A DNA stretch of 64,000 bases from an uncultured Gemmatimonadales bacterium (GTDB taxonomy: Bacteria; Gemmatimonadota; Gemmatimonadetes; Longimicrobiales; Gaopeijiaceae). Location of the stretch: the NCBI GenBank assembly GCA_963823035.1, contig CAWGKG010000017.1, positions 192,001 through 256,000 on the forward strand, given 5' to 3'. Below are positions 38,120 to 48,533 of this stretch, piece by piece; position 1 is the stretch's first letter; each line of letters begins with the position of its first letter. A program made the translations under genes and the position numbers. A model generated the notes under the pieces. The model was not told where the DNA came from and did not search any database. It saw nothing but the letters and a program-made list of their open reading frames with translations.

Positions 38120-41100
38120 CTACCCCGAGATCCTGCGTCCGGGGGTCCAGGGCGCACCCGCCGCCTCCAGGTCCGCCTCCAGCCTCACCAGCTCTCCCTC
38201 CAGAAGCGTCCGCAGCTCCGCGCTGAGGGCGGTGAAGCCGTCGCGGCCCAGCTCCAGGCTGCGTCGCGCCGTCGCCGTGGGCGTCTGGCGAGTGTCCCAC
38301 GGACCGTACACGGCGTTCCCGACACGCTCGGAGATCGAGGGCACCGAGGGCTCGCTCAGGCCGCCCCGGATGCGGTCGCCGGAGAGCCGCAGCGCCAGCC
38401 CGTCCAGCGCCCGGGTCAGGTCGTCCATGCGGGTGAAGAGCGACGGGTCCGCCCGGGGTGTCTCCAGCAGCGCGGCCCGCATGTGGCGTAGCCGGTCCCT
38501 GGCTCGTCCGATCTCCTCGGACGCGCCCGACACGCGTCGCATGAGCTCCCTCCCCTCTTCCTGGAACGCCGCCACCGCCACCAGGTCCGTTCCCGGAGGC
38601 GTGTTGGGCACCGCCTTCACCTCGAACGAGCGGGGCTCGCCCAACGTGCGGGCTTCTCCCTGGTCCACGACCATCAACTCCACGGCGTAGCGCCCCGGCG
38701 CCACCAGGGGCCCCTGCGGCTCGGTGACCCAGGGGGGCGAGAAGCCGGGCGTGCTCAGGTCGACGGGGTCCGGAGGCGGCCGCCGGAGATCCCACGACAC
38801 CCGGTGCAGACCTTCTTTCGCAGGTCCCTCCACCCAGCGCACCGCCTGGCCCCCGGCGTCCCGTACCGCCAGCAGCACCTTGGCCGCGCTCTCGAGCGAC
38901 TCCGCCCGCAGCGCGTCGTATCCCGGGAAGGGGACGTCGGCGCCCCGGGCCCTCAGCGTGTCCTCCCGGGCGTGGCGGTCCTCCCGCGCCGTGGTGGGTG
39001 TCTCGGCGAGCCAGTACGTGAACACCGCGCCGAAGGGCGGGTTGTCCGCCGTGTAGAAGTCGCTTCCCATGGTGGGCTGCCCCCGCGCCTGGGACGGCAC
39101 CATGGGGATGTACGACCAGGCATCCCGCGGGGCGAAGAGGGCTCCGTCGCCCGTGAGCGCCCCCGTCGCGATCGCGCGCAAGGGCGTGTAGTCGTCGAGC
39201 ACGTAGAATCCGCGGCCGAAGGAGGCCGCCACCAGGTCGCCGTCCCGCTCGTGGAGCTTCAGGTCGCGGAACGCGATGGTGGGGACGCCGGCGGACAGTT
39301 CGATCCAGTTCGTGCCCCGGTTCGGCGTGAAGTACAGGCCGAACTCGGTGGCCAGGAAGAGGAGGTCCGGGTCCACGAAGTCCTGCTGGATCGCCCAGAC
39401 GATGGTGCCGGCGGGAAGGTCCCCGGCGACGGAGCGCCAGGTGCGACCCCGATCGGTGCTCTCGAAGACGTAGGGCGAGAAGTCGCCGGTCTTGTGGGCA
39501 TCCGCGATCACGAAGACGCCGGCCGGGTCGTCCCGGCTGGCCTCCACGTCGTTGATGAACGCGTTCTCGGGCACGCCGGGGAGGTCCGACGTCCGGGTCC
39601 AGGTCGCGCCGCCGTCGGGGCTGACGTGCACCCACCCGTCGTCGCTCCCCGTGTAGAGGACGCCTTCCGCCAGAGGCGACTCGGACACGGCGGTGAGGGT
39701 CTCGTACATCGACATGGCGCCATTGTCATAGAGAGCGTCCACGCTCCATGCCCGCCCCATGAACTCCATCTCGTACCGGTTCCGGTTCCGGGTGAGATCC
39801 CCGCTCACCGGCGTCCAGGAGTCGCCCCGGTCGTCGCTCCGCCACAGGCGTTGCGAGGCGAACCAGAGCCGATCGGAGGCGTGGGGGCTGATGAGGATGG
39901 GCGAATCCCAGTTCCACCGCTCCGGCGGATCACCCGGCGCCGGTTGCGGCTGGATCGGCAGCGCCTCCTCACTCCTCCGGTCGTATCGGTACAGGTTCCC
40001 GACCTGCGTCTCCTCGTAGAGGATGTCGGGGTCGGTGGGGTCGATGGCGACGCCGTACCCGTCGGCGCCCAGCGGCACGTACCAGTCCTGGTTCCGGACG
40101 CCCTCGATGTTGGTGGTGCGCACGGGCCCGTGGAGCGCGCCCAGGTCCTGGGCGCCGCCCAGGATCTGGTAGAAGGGCTCGTCGTTGCTCAGCGCCAGCT
40201 TGTAGAACTGGGAGACGGGCAGGTTGGGGAAGTGGCGCCAGGTGGTACCCTCGTCGAAGGTCTCGAAGAGCCCCGCGTCGGTCCCTGCAAGGAGGTGCTG
40301 CCCACCGTGGGGGTCGATCCAGAGCGCGTGGTTGTCCGAGTGCTTCTCCCGCCCCGTGCCCAGGTTGTCGAAGGTCGCGCCCCCGTCGTGGGTCACCTGG
40401 ATGAAGACGTCCATCTGGTAGACGAGATCGGGATCCGTGGGAGACGCCTCGATCTCCTGATAGTAGTGGGCGCCCGTACCCCCGGAGATGTAGGAGCTGC
40501 GGCGCTCCCAGCTCTCGCCCTCGTCCCGGGAGCGATAGAATCCGCGTCCGTCGGCGTCGGCCTCCACCGTGGCGTAGACCAACTCCGGGTCGGCGGGCGT
40601 CACCGCCAGGCCGATCTTGCCCAGGTCGCCCTTGGGCAGACCCGTCTCCACCCTGCGCCAGGTCACGCCGCCGTCGGTGGACTTGTGGATGCCCGAGCCG
40701 GGGCCGCCGCCCAGATACGCCCACACGTGGCGACGACGCTGGAACGTGGCGGCGTAGACCACGTCGGGGTTCCCCGGGTCGAACTCCAGGTCGGTGGCAC
40801 CGGTGTCGTCGTCCACGGCGAGCACGCGCGTCCACGTATCGCCTCCGTCGGCGGTGCGGTACACGCCGCGGTCCCCACCGGACGCCCACAGCGGCCCTTC
40901 CGCCGCCACCAGGACCACGTTCCCGTCCCGTGGGTCCACCAGGATCTTGCCGATGTGCTCGGAGTGCTCCAGCCCCATGCGCTTCCACGTGCGGCCGCCG
41001 TCGCGGCTCCGGTACACACCGTCTCCCCATCCCACGTGCCGGCCGCTGACGTTCTCGCCCGTTCCCACCCACACGACCTCGGGGTTGGACGGGTCCAGCG

Positions 41101-41377
41101 CGACGTCGCCGATGGAGTACGAGCCCTGATCATCGAAGATCGGCGTCCACGTGACCCCGGCGTTCGTGGTCTTCCAGACGCCCCCGGAGCCCGCCGCCAC
41201 GTACCAGGTGTGCGCGTCGACAGGGTGTACGGCGACGTCGGCGATGCGCCCGCTCATGAGGGCGGGACCGATGCTCCTGAGACGCAGGCCCGCGACGGCC
41301 TGCGCGACGTCGCCCAGGTCCGGGGTCTGGGCGGAGACGGGAGCGGATACGCAGAGGCCGATGGCGGTCAGGATCAC
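38120..41377 (-). CDS. VPS10/BNR (Asp-box) repeat glycosyl-hydrolase-like secreted protein
   Basis: LRSIGPALMSGRIAD; many SxDGGxTW Asp boxes; C-terminal PGRYAVEL and coiled coil. Start is approximate (41377 GTG, or 41409 ATG with an indel). Confidence 0.9.
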   Translation of the reverse strand: MILTAIGLCVSAPVSAQTPDLGDVAQAVAGLRLRSIGPALMSGRIADVAVHPVDAHTWYVAAGSGGVWKTTNAGVTWTPIFDDQGSYSIGDVALDPSNPEVVWVGTGENVSGRHVGWGDGVYRSRDGGRTWKRMGLEHSEHIGKILVDPRDGNVVLVAAEGPLWASGGDRGVYRTADGGDTWTRVLAVDDDTGATDLEFDPGNPDVVYAATFQRRRHVWAYLGGGPGSGIHKSTDGGVTWRRVETGLPKGDLGKIGLAVTPADPELVYATVEADADGRGFYRSRDEGESWERRSSYISGGTGAHYYQEIEASPTDPDLVYQMDVFIQVTHDGGATFDNLGTGREKHSDNHALWIDPHGGQHLLAGTDAGLFETFDEGTTWRHFPNLPVSQFYKLALSNDEPFYQILGGAQDLGALHGPVRTTNIEGVRNQDWYVPLGADGYGVAIDPTDPDILYEETQVGNLYRYDRRSEEALPIQPQPAPGDPPERWNWDSPILISPHASDRLWFASQRLWRSDDRGDSWTPVSGDLTRNRNRYEMEFMGRAWSVDALYDNGAMSMYETLTAVSESPLAEGVLYTGSDDGWVHVSPDGGATWTRTSDLPGVPENAFINDVEASRDDPAGVFVIADAHKTGDFSPYVFESTDRGRTWRSVAGDLPAGTIVWAIQQDFVDPDLLFLATEFGLYFTPNRGTNWIELSAGVPTIAFRDLKLHERDGDLVAASFGRGFYVLDDYTPLRAIATGALTGDGALFAPRDAWSYIPMVPSQARGQPTMGSDFYTADNPPFGAVFTYWLAETPTTAREDRHAREDTLRARGADVPFPGYDALRAESLESAAKVLLAVRDAGGQAVRWVEGPAKEGLHRVSWDLRRPPPDPVDLSTPGFSPPWVTEPQGPLVAPGRYAVELMVVDQGEARTLGEPRSFEVKAVPNTPPGTDLVAVAAFQEEGRELMRRVSGASEEIGRARDRLRHMRAALLETPRADPSLFTRMDDLTRALDGLALRLSGDRIRGGLSEPSVPSISERVGNAVYGPWDTRQTPTATARRSLELGRDGFTALSAELRTLLEGELVRLEADLEAAGAPWTPGRRISG

Positions 41378-41553
41378 GTGAGCCGATCGTGCGAGGCGGG
41401 GTAGCCCATGAGGAGTCCTGTGGGATGGGGTATGCGACGAGTCCTGCCATTCTGATGGATAGGGAGCGATCCCGCTAACCGTAGGCCCATGCCGCTGACG
41501 ACGCGTTGGCGGTAGCTTTCTTCGACAAGCTCCCGCCTCCTGGAGAATCACAG

Positions 41554-42173
41554 ATGGCGACCAAGGCAGCGAAGGAAGAAGCAGCGAACGCGAAGGCGGC
41601 CGAGAAGGCGCGGGTGGCCAAAGCGAAGGCCACCGCCAAGAAGAAGCTCGAGCGCGAGCGCGCGAAAGCTGCGAAGGCGAAGGCGGCTGCGAAGCAGAAG
41701 CTCGCCCGCGAGCGCGAGAAGGCCGCGAAGGCCAAGGCAAAGGCCAAGGCCGAGAAGGCGAAGGCGGCCGCGAAGGCCAAGGCCATGAAAGCCAAGGACG
41801 ACGCGAAGCTGAAGGCGGCTCGTGCGAAAGCCAAGGAAACGAAGAGCAAGCTCCGGTCCGCCGAAAGGAAGGCCGCCGTCAAGAAGGTCGAAGGGGCCGT
41901 CGACGCCGCGATCGGAGCGGCGCAGACCGCCGGCGCGCAGGTGAAAGCCGGCGTGGCGACAGCGAGGAAGGCACTGGCGGATCGGGCCGCGGCTTCTGCG
42001 AAGAAGCCCCCCAGGAAGAAGCCGGCGGCGAAGAAGCCTGTGGCGAAGAAGTCCCCCGAGAAGAAGCCAGCGGCGAAGAAGAAGGCTCCCCTCGAGAAGC
42101 CCACCGCGAGCAAGGCGCCCATCAAGAAGGCTCCGGCCAAGAAGAGAAGAAGACCGTCGCCAAGAAGGGGTAG
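41554..42173 (+). CDS. Lys/Ala-rich histone H1-like basic protein
   Basis: GGAG RBS; AK-rich helical repeats, then KKPAAKK/KKPVAKK/KKAP repeats. A likely indel near 42144 restores ...KKTVAKKG-TAG (42171-42173). Confidence 0.8.
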
Positions 42174-45100
42174 CCGCCGGGAGAGCCTGGCGGGGTCCGC
42201 TGACCTACTGGGTCGTCGACCCCGGGGGATCGGCCGGGTCGCACCGGGGAGGAGGCCAGTCGGAGGGGACGGGCGGCGTCGGTGACCGCATGGATCTTGG
42301 CCGCGTGCCCCCGGTGTTGGGCAATGTCCTCCGCGGACACGAGCTCGACGTCGAGCACCTTGATCCGCCGCCCCGTTCGGAGGAGGTTCGCCTCGGTCAG
42401 GGCGCGGCCCCACCCGTCCAGCCACGCGAGCAGCTCCCTCCGTTGCGGTTCCGTTCCCTCGAAGTGGATCAGGAGGTCGAGGTCGCTGTCCGCACGGGCG
42501 GTCGCGTTCTTCGTGCTGCCGTAGAGCCATACGGCCCGGACCCCGAAGCGCTCGGGATCCAACTGGCCGGCGATCTGCTCCGCCATCGTACGGCGCCATC
42601 CCCAATGGTCTTCGAAGGGGTTCGGCCGGCTCGCGGCCGCAGGCGGGTCCGGGGCGGCCGGACGGGACGGGAGCGCTGGCACGCTGTCGGGCGAGCCCGA
42701 CTCGGCCAGCACGCCGATGGCCTCGTCCGTCTCGCCGTTCATGAGCACCCTGAGCACGAGCCCCTTTCGCGCGGCGGGGATGTCCACGACGCGGACCACT
42801 CCGGCCAGGTGGGCGAAGTCGGGAAGGAGGTCGGGCAGGAGGTTGGGCGCCCGACGGAGGAACGCCTCGTCGAAGGCGTTGCCCGGCTCGTCGGGATAGA
42901 GGGGGAGGTAGCGGATGCCAGCCTCGACCAGGTCCTGGAAGAAGTGCGTGCCGAACGACAGGTCGGGCACGTAGTTGCCCTTCCTCCGCGCGATTTCCAC
43001 GAGCACGGCCGTGTTGCTGATGTCGGCGTACCCGACGCTCACGCCCAGGCGGATGTCACCCCGACTGCCCCATCGCCCGGGTCCCACGAGGATGAACTGG
43101 CGCTTGGGGAGGACCTTGTTGAGGCGTCCCACCACGTGCCCGACGTCGCGTAGCGCTTCCAGGTCCGGGAGGTCGGAGTAGGCGTCCGGGTCCACGTAGA
43201 CGACGTGGCTGATCGGGTCCGCCCTGCCGTTGGACACGTAGCGGTGCGCGGAGAACAGCACCCGGTCCGCCGGGACGTTGCGCGGAATCGTCGGGGGCGC
43301 GTCCAGACCGGCGTAGCTCTGGGCGCGGCACTGGAGGATGTAGAGGCTCTCTCCGTCCGAGGCGAACTCGAGATCCACAGGATAGCCGAGGCGGTCCCGG
43401 AGCACGCGCATCAGCGTCGCCATCCGCGTCACGAAGGGCGTCTCCGACGCGAGGCCCTCGAACGTCACGACCGCTGTGCCGTCGTCCACGCGATCCGCCA
43501 GGCCGCGGGGACGCCTGAGGCGGTCGCCGTCGACGAACGAGATCATGCGCCGCACGACGGGGATGGCCTCGCCGCACTCCCGGAGAAGGTCCGACACCGA
43601 CACCGTCTCGAACTGGTTCGCCTCCAGGTTGATCAGGTCGACCATCTTGGGCGAGTAGCGCACCACCTCGTCGAACGTCGTGTTCACGCGCAGGTTGGGC
43701 TGACCCGGCGCCAGGAGGATCGGATAGTCGTCGCTCAGGCGGTCCACCGCCCTCGTTCCCAGCCCTGGAACGAGGCGCATGAGGCCGTCTTCGCGACGGA
43801 TCCGCGGCGACCACCGGAACTCGTTGTTCGAGAAGGCCACACCGGAGAACGCCGGGAGGTAGTAGCGTCCGACCCGCGTCCCGACGACCTCCTGGATCAT
43901 GATCCCCATCTCCTCGTGGACGTCGAGGAGGTTCCGCTCGGCGCGGTACTCGATGGGGTCGGGCCCGAACATCGACGCGTAGACCTCTGCGATGGCGTCA
44001 CAGAGGGCCCGCAGCCGCTCGGGCTTCGGCCCCTGGTTCGCCAGGAACAGGCTCTTGTACTTGCCGGAGAAGGCAGACCCGACGCGGTCCTCGAGGAGGC
44101 TCGAGCTGCGCACGATGAGGGGTTTCTCACCGAGGTCGTCCAGTACCTCCGAGAGCCCTTTCAGAAGCTCGGGCGGGAAGGATGAGCTGCGCAGCACCTG
44201 CACGACGTGCGGGTACTGCTGCCGGACCTGCTCGATGTCCAGGTACTTCCGATCGTAGACGTCGTCGAGGTTGTTGTACCGGACGAAGGCGACGACCCCG
44301 TCCGACGTGATGTGCCACGTGCGCGGGACCTTGATGCCCCGCAGGACGGACTCGGACTCCGCGGTCGCCTCGATGATCTTCCTGGCGAGGAAGAGCCCGG
44401 CGCTCTTTCCGCCCAGCTTGCCGTGGCTCCCGGGGGGATGGATGACCCGCGCCACCAGCTCGTGGAAGTCGTCCAGGGTGACCAGGCCCTTCGCGGCGTT
44501 GATGAACTCGATCTGGTCGGTGAAGAAGCGTCGCAGGAGGGCCGCCCGCACCATCATCTGGACCGACGTCGGAAGCTCGCTCTCCTCCATGCCGAGCATC
44601 TGAAAGCGCTCCAGGGCGTCGGTGATCTCGCCCAGGGAGGATCCTTGCTCCTCGAGCGTGGTGACCAGGAATCCCACCCGGTCCTGGCTCAGCCACATCT
44701 GGATGTAGCCGAGGATCTCCTCGGAGGTGCAGCATCGCGAGGCGATGCCGAAGACGGTGTCCACCGGAAGCGCGGCCCGCGAGGCCATCCGCGGACGGGG
44801 CCGGTTGTCGTCGTCGTCGCCCGGCGTTTCCGTGGCCTTCTGGAAGAGATCCTCCGCCTCACCGATGCCCTTCCACCGGAGGAGGTTGAGCATCTTCATC
44901 GTGGTACGCCTCAGGAGGTGCGGATCCGAGCGCTGCAGGAAGTCGAGCACCACCTGCCAGTCGCCCCGGTCCGGCCCCGTCTGCGCCCCCCGCGCTCGGG
45001 ACGGGCGCTCGGTGGTTCGCTCCCTCTGGAGGAGGAACAGGCCGATTCGTTCGGCGAGCGTCGCGAGCAGCTGCCTCTCCTCGCGCAGGAACGGACCTTC

Positions 45101-45424
45101 GTCCGACTCCGGGCGCTGCTCGATGTAGTACACGCTCAGCTCACCCACCACCTGGTCGTCCAGCCGGACCTCGGCGCGCTGGTACCAGGAGGAGGAGCGG
45201 AAGTCGGGCGCGCGATAGGTCTGATCCCGGATGCGCAACGTGGGTCGGCAGACGCCCGGGTACTGCCAGCCCTCCGGGATCGCCGCCAGCACCCGGCCGA
45301 ACACCTCGTCGAGCGGAGCGTCGATGCGACCGAGCACCTCGGTGACCCGGTAGAGGCAGCGCAGCTCCTTCGCGCGCTCCTGCAGCGGGCCCAGGAGCTC
45401 CCCGAACTCCCGGTTCGGGTTCAC
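42122..45424 (-). CDS. PEP-synthase/PPDK-like ATP-grasp protein with N-terminal GAF-like region and C-terminal nucleotidyltransferase domain
   Basis: LQERAKELRCLY...IPEGWQYP; GKLGGKSAGL; PLIVRSSSLLED...FSGKYKS; MGIMIQEVVG; VDLEFA...ILQCR; GPGRWGS; SFGTHFFQD; WLYGSTKNATARADSDLDLLIH. True stop is probably near 42205. Confidence 0.9.
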   Translation of the reverse strand: MNPNREFGELLGPLQERAKELRCLYRVTEVLGRIDAPLDEVFGRVLAAIPEGWQYPGVCRPTLRIRDQTYRAPDFRSSSWYQRAEVRLDDQVVGELSVYYIEQRPESDEGPFLREERQLLATLAERIGLFLLQRERTTERPSRARGAQTGPDRGDWQVVLDFLQRSDPHLLRRTTMKMLNLLRWKGIGEAEDLFQKATETPGDDDDNRPRPRMASRAALPVDTVFGIASRCCTSEEILGYIQMWLSQDRVGFLVTTLEEQGSSLGEITDALERFQMLGMEESELPTSVQMMVRAALLRRFFTDQIEFINAAKGLVTLDDFHELVARVIHPPGSHGKLGGKSAGLFLARKIIEATAESESVLRGIKVPRTWHITSDGVVAFVRYNNLDDVYDRKYLDIEQVRQQYPHVVQVLRSSSFPPELLKGLSEVLDDLGEKPLIVRSSSLLEDRVGSAFSGKYKSLFLANQGPKPERLRALCDAIAEVYASMFGPDPIEYRAERNLLDVHEEMGIMIQEVVGTRVGRYYLPAFSGVAFSNNEFRWSPRIRREDGLMRLVPGLGTRAVDRLSDDYPILLAPGQPNLRVNTTFDEVVRYSPKMVDLINLEANQFETVSVSDLLRECGEAIPVVRRMISFVDGDRLRRPRGLADRVDDGTAVVTFEGLASETPFVTRMATLMRVLRDRLGYPVDLEFASDGESLYILQCRAQSYAGLDAPPTIPRNVPADRVLFSAHRYVSNGRADPISHVVYVDPDAYSDLPDLEALRDVGHVVGRLNKVLPKRQFILVGPGRWGSRGDIRLGVSVGYADISNTAVLVEIARRKGNYVPDLSFGTHFFQDLVEAGIRYLPLYPDEPGNAFDEAFLRRAPNLLPDLLPDFAHLAGVVRVVDIPAARKGLVLRVLMNGETDEAIGVLAESGSPDSVPALPSRPAAPDPPAAASRPNPFEDHWGWRRTMAEQIAGQLDPERFGVRAVWLYGSTKNATARADSDLDLLIHFEGTEPQRRELLAWLDGWGRALTEANLLRTGRRIKVLDVELVSAEDIAQHRGHAAKIHAVTDAARPLRLASSPVRPGRSPGVDDPVGQRTPPGSPGGYPFLATVFFSSWPEPS
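42174..42195. terminator. GC-rich hairpin between convergent genes
   Basis: CCGCCGG-GAGAG-CCTGGCGG immediately after the TAG at 42173. Confidence 0.35.
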
Positions 45425-47215
45425 TCGGCGACGCCGGGGGGAGGAGCGCCGCCCCAGCGCACGAAGCCGCGACCGCTACGGCCATCCACGCGGGCCCGGA
45501 GAGGCTCCTCCAGGCGCACGTGGCGGACGAAGTCGGTCTCCGAGACCGCCGGCAGTGCCTCCAGCCAGGTCCAGCGCACGTCGGTCGGCTCGGCCGCTCC
45601 GAGGGAGAAGTACATCACGCCGAGGCTCGACACGTTGTGGAAGAAGTGCGACCCCTGGCTCGGGTCGATGCGGACGCTCGGGAGGGAGGCCTCGACGATG
45701 ACCCTGGCCCCCGCCACCTGCCCCCAGGTCACCGGGACGCCCAGCCAGGGATCGGAGCTCCCCCAGCGTCCGAATCCCAGACAGGAGGTAGGGTCGCTCC
45801 TCGTCCATGAGCCGACGGTTCGTCGCAGCCACCTCCACCGCCATCTCGCGGGAATGGCTCGGGTCGAAGGTGTCGGGGCGGAGATAGACGACGTCACGGA
45901 CCGACTCCACATCCCCGTTGCCCATGACGCGCCGCGACGCGAGGAGGAGCGTGGGGCCCGTGAGATCCTCCTCCGTGACCACGACCTCCGCGTCCGGGGT
46001 GGACATCGCGCGCACCTGGACGAGCCCGACGCGCGCGGTTCCGTCCGACGACGTGGGGAGCGTGGCGGCGAGCTCGATCTCGACCGGCTGTTCCAGCGAC
46101 GCCTCCGCCAACGACACGAGATCCAGCAGGACGTCGTTGAGTGGCCATTCACGTACGCGCAGCAGAGGCGCGAAGTCCAGCACGCGTGGCCCGGTCCGGC
46201 CCGTTCCCGGGCTCAGTCGGTCCGACGCCGCGTCGTACGTCGACGCCAGGTAGCGCAGCGTTCCGTCGTGTTCCGCGGTCGCGAGATCCCCCTCCAGCAG
46301 GTACTCGGCCTCCGCGATCGGATCGTAGGCCGGGGGCCGTCCCATGTTCACCGCCCAGAAACGCGCCTGCGTCTCCTTCAGCATGCTGCGTGGGGACGCG
46401 AAAGGAGGAGGGATCGCCGGGAAGCGCGGGGAATACGACCAGCACACGCCGCCGTCGACGATCGTCTTGCCCAGGCCGAGGGCGAGCTGGGCGACGCCGT
46501 CCTCGGGCCGCCCCGCTCCGACGGGATAGTAGCTGAACGAGCGGCATACGGCGGAGAGCGTCGGGTAGAAGCGGTCCCCGTACCGCGCCCCCACGATCTC
46601 CTGGATGATCACCGCCATCTTCTCCGCACGGTCGTCCGCGCCGATGGCCCGGCGGTAGTTCCGCGCAGCCGCGAAGAACGCGGACGCGTAGACCAGCTTG
46701 ATCGCCTCGATCAGGCCCTGGAATCGCGTCGCCGCGTCCAGCTCGAGGTTGGGGACCATCTTGGTCTCGTAGACCCCCGCGAACGGATGGGCGAGGGCGT
46801 CCTCCAGGAGGCTGGAGGAGCGGACGGCCAACGGGGTGTGGGCCTCCTCGACCAGCGCGCGGAGGTCCCCGACGGTCTCCGTGGGCAGGTCGGCCTTCTG
46901 GAAGGCATGCGCGATGCGGTCGTCGGGCGCGTCCGAGAGCGCGACCTCGTAGAGCCGGCCGCGCTGCATGAACGCGTCGAACGCATCCGTCGCGAGAACG
47001 ACCATCCGGGGGATCGTCACGTCGACCCCCCGGAACGGCCGCTCGCCGAAGCGCGAGGCAAGCGCGTCCTTGATGCGGAGGAGACCTTCCGCCTTGCCGC
47101 CGAGCGCCCCGCCGCCGATCCGCGACGCGACCTCGTCGGACGCGAAGAACCTGCGTCCGAAGACGGGGACGCGGGCTCCCTCGTCCGCCCCGGCCGACGT
47201 CGCGGTCGAGGTCAC
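45421..47215 (-). CDS. PEP-synthase/PPDK-like ATP-grasp protein (frameshift near 45785)
   Basis: IGGGALGGKAEGL; PLAVRSSSLLED...FAGVYET; MAVIIQEIVG; GLGKTIVDGG; VEIELA...VQVR; GFGRWGSSDPWLG; PSQGSHFFHN. Confidence 0.9.
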
Positions 47216-47240
47216 TACGGTCCGCCCGACCGTCCCGGCC

Positions 47241-48533
47241 TCACACCCAACCCCGGTCCCGGCACGCCTGCGCGACGCGGTCCACGGCGATGACGTACGC
47301 CGCCTCCCGCATGGACAGTCCGCGCGTCCGCGCGAGGTCGCTCACGGCGATGAAGGCCGCGGTCATCTTGAGATCCAGCTTCCCCAGCACCTCGTCCTTC
47401 GGCCAGTAGTAGTTCATGTTGCTCTGGACCTGCTCGAAGTAGCTGCAGGTCACGCCACCGGCGTTCGCCAGCAGGTCCGGGATGACGTAGACGCCGCGTT
47501 GCCGGAGCGCGACGTCGGCCTCCGGCGAAGTCGGCCCGTTGGCTCCCTCCGCGATGATCTTCACGCGCGCCGGGATGCGCTCGACGGTGGTCGCGTTGAT
47601 CTGGTTCTCGAGCGCGGCGGGAATCAGGATGTCCACGTCCTGAGCGAGCCAGTCCTCGCCCGGAAGGACCTCGTAGCCCAACTCCCCCGCCCTCGCCTGG
47701 TCGATCCCCCCGAACGAGTCGGTCACGCGCATCAGCTCGTCCAGGACGACGCCCGAGTCCTTCCGGTAGGCCACGCTCGCCTGCGTCTTCTGGTCCCAGC
47801 ACGACACGCAGGTCACCGTGCCGCCCAGCTGCTGGTAGAGGTCGATCGCGTACTGTGCGACGTTGCCGAAACCCTGCACGGCGGCGCGCGTCTCCTTGAC
47901 GCGCACGTCCATTTCCTTGAGAGCCTCCCTGATCGTGAAGACGACCCCGTAGCCGGTGGCCTCCTTGCGCCCCAGGGAGCCCGCCATCCCGACCGGTTTG
48001 CCGGTGATGAACCCCGGCCGGCGACCGCCCTCGATGGCCTCGTATTCATCGAGCATCCAGAGCATGTGCTGCGCCGTCGTCATCACGTCGGGCGCGGGAA
48101 CGTCGCGATCGGGACCTACGTCGCGCACGATCTGGCGCACCCACCCCCGGCAAAGGCGCTCCTGTTCGCGCGGGGAGAGGTCGTGGGGGTCGCAGATGAC
48201 GCCGCCCTTCGCCCCCCCGAGCGGGATGTCCACGACCGCGCACTTCCACGTCATCCACATCGCCAGCGCGCGTACGGTGTCGAGGCTCTCCTGCGGATGG
48301 AAGCGGATCCCGCCCTTGCTGGGCCCGCGCGCGTCGTTGTGCTGCACCCGGAAGCCGCGGAAGACGCGGACGGAGTCGTCGTCCATGCGCACCGGGATCG
48401 CGAAGGAATACTCACGTTGGGGAGATCGAAGGAGCTCCCGGACGCTCGTCTCTACATCCAGGAGGTCGGCGATCCGGTCGAACTGCGTCTGGGCCATCTC
48501 GAAGGAATTGTAGGCCCGGCGTGACTTGGTCAT
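47241..48533 (-). CDS. gdhA: Glu/Leu/Phe/Val dehydrogenase, probably glutamate dehydrogenase
   Basis: GPSKGGIRFHP, MTWKCA, GGAKGG, DVPAPD, ITGKP...GRKEATGYG, VQGFGNV, EGANGP, PDLLANAGGVTCSYFE. Confidence 0.96.
   Translation of the reverse strand: MTKSRRAYNSFEMAQTQFDRIADLLDVETSVRELLRSPQREYSFAIPVRMDDDSVRVFRGFRVQHNDARGPSKGGIRFHPQESLDTVRALAMWMTWKCAVVDIPLGGAKGGVICDPHDLSPREQERLCRGWVRQIVRDVGPDRDVPAPDVMTTAQHMLWMLDEYEAIEGGRRPGFITGKPVGMAGSLGRKEATGYGVVFTIREALKEMDVRVKETRAAVQGFGNVAQYAIDLYQQLGGTVTCVSCWDQKTQASVAYRKDSGVVLDELMRVTDSFGGIDQARAGELGYEVLPGEDWLAQDVDILIPAALENQINATTVERIPARVKIIAEGANGPTSPEADVALRQRGVYVIPDLLANAGGVTCSYFEQVQSNMNYYWPKDEVLGKLDLKMTAAFIAVSDLARTRGLSMREAAYVIAVDRVAQACRDRGWV

Noticed and set aside
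41580..42170. Tandem DNA repeats or CRISPR-like array
   Set aside because: The repeats are degenerate and codon-phased, reflecting Lys/Ala/Pro protein repeats; no constant repeat-spacer structure and no cas genes.
42122..42285. Long convergent overlap between the H1-like gene and the ATP-grasp gene
   Set aside because: Probably an artefact of indels; natural stops near 42173 (+) and 42205 (-) flank a hairpin.
32386..47293. Very long antisense ORFs (32386-34764 -, 38804-41404 +, 44207-47293 +)
   Set aside because: Shadow ORFs expected in high-GC DNA opposite well-supported genes; no recognisable motifs.
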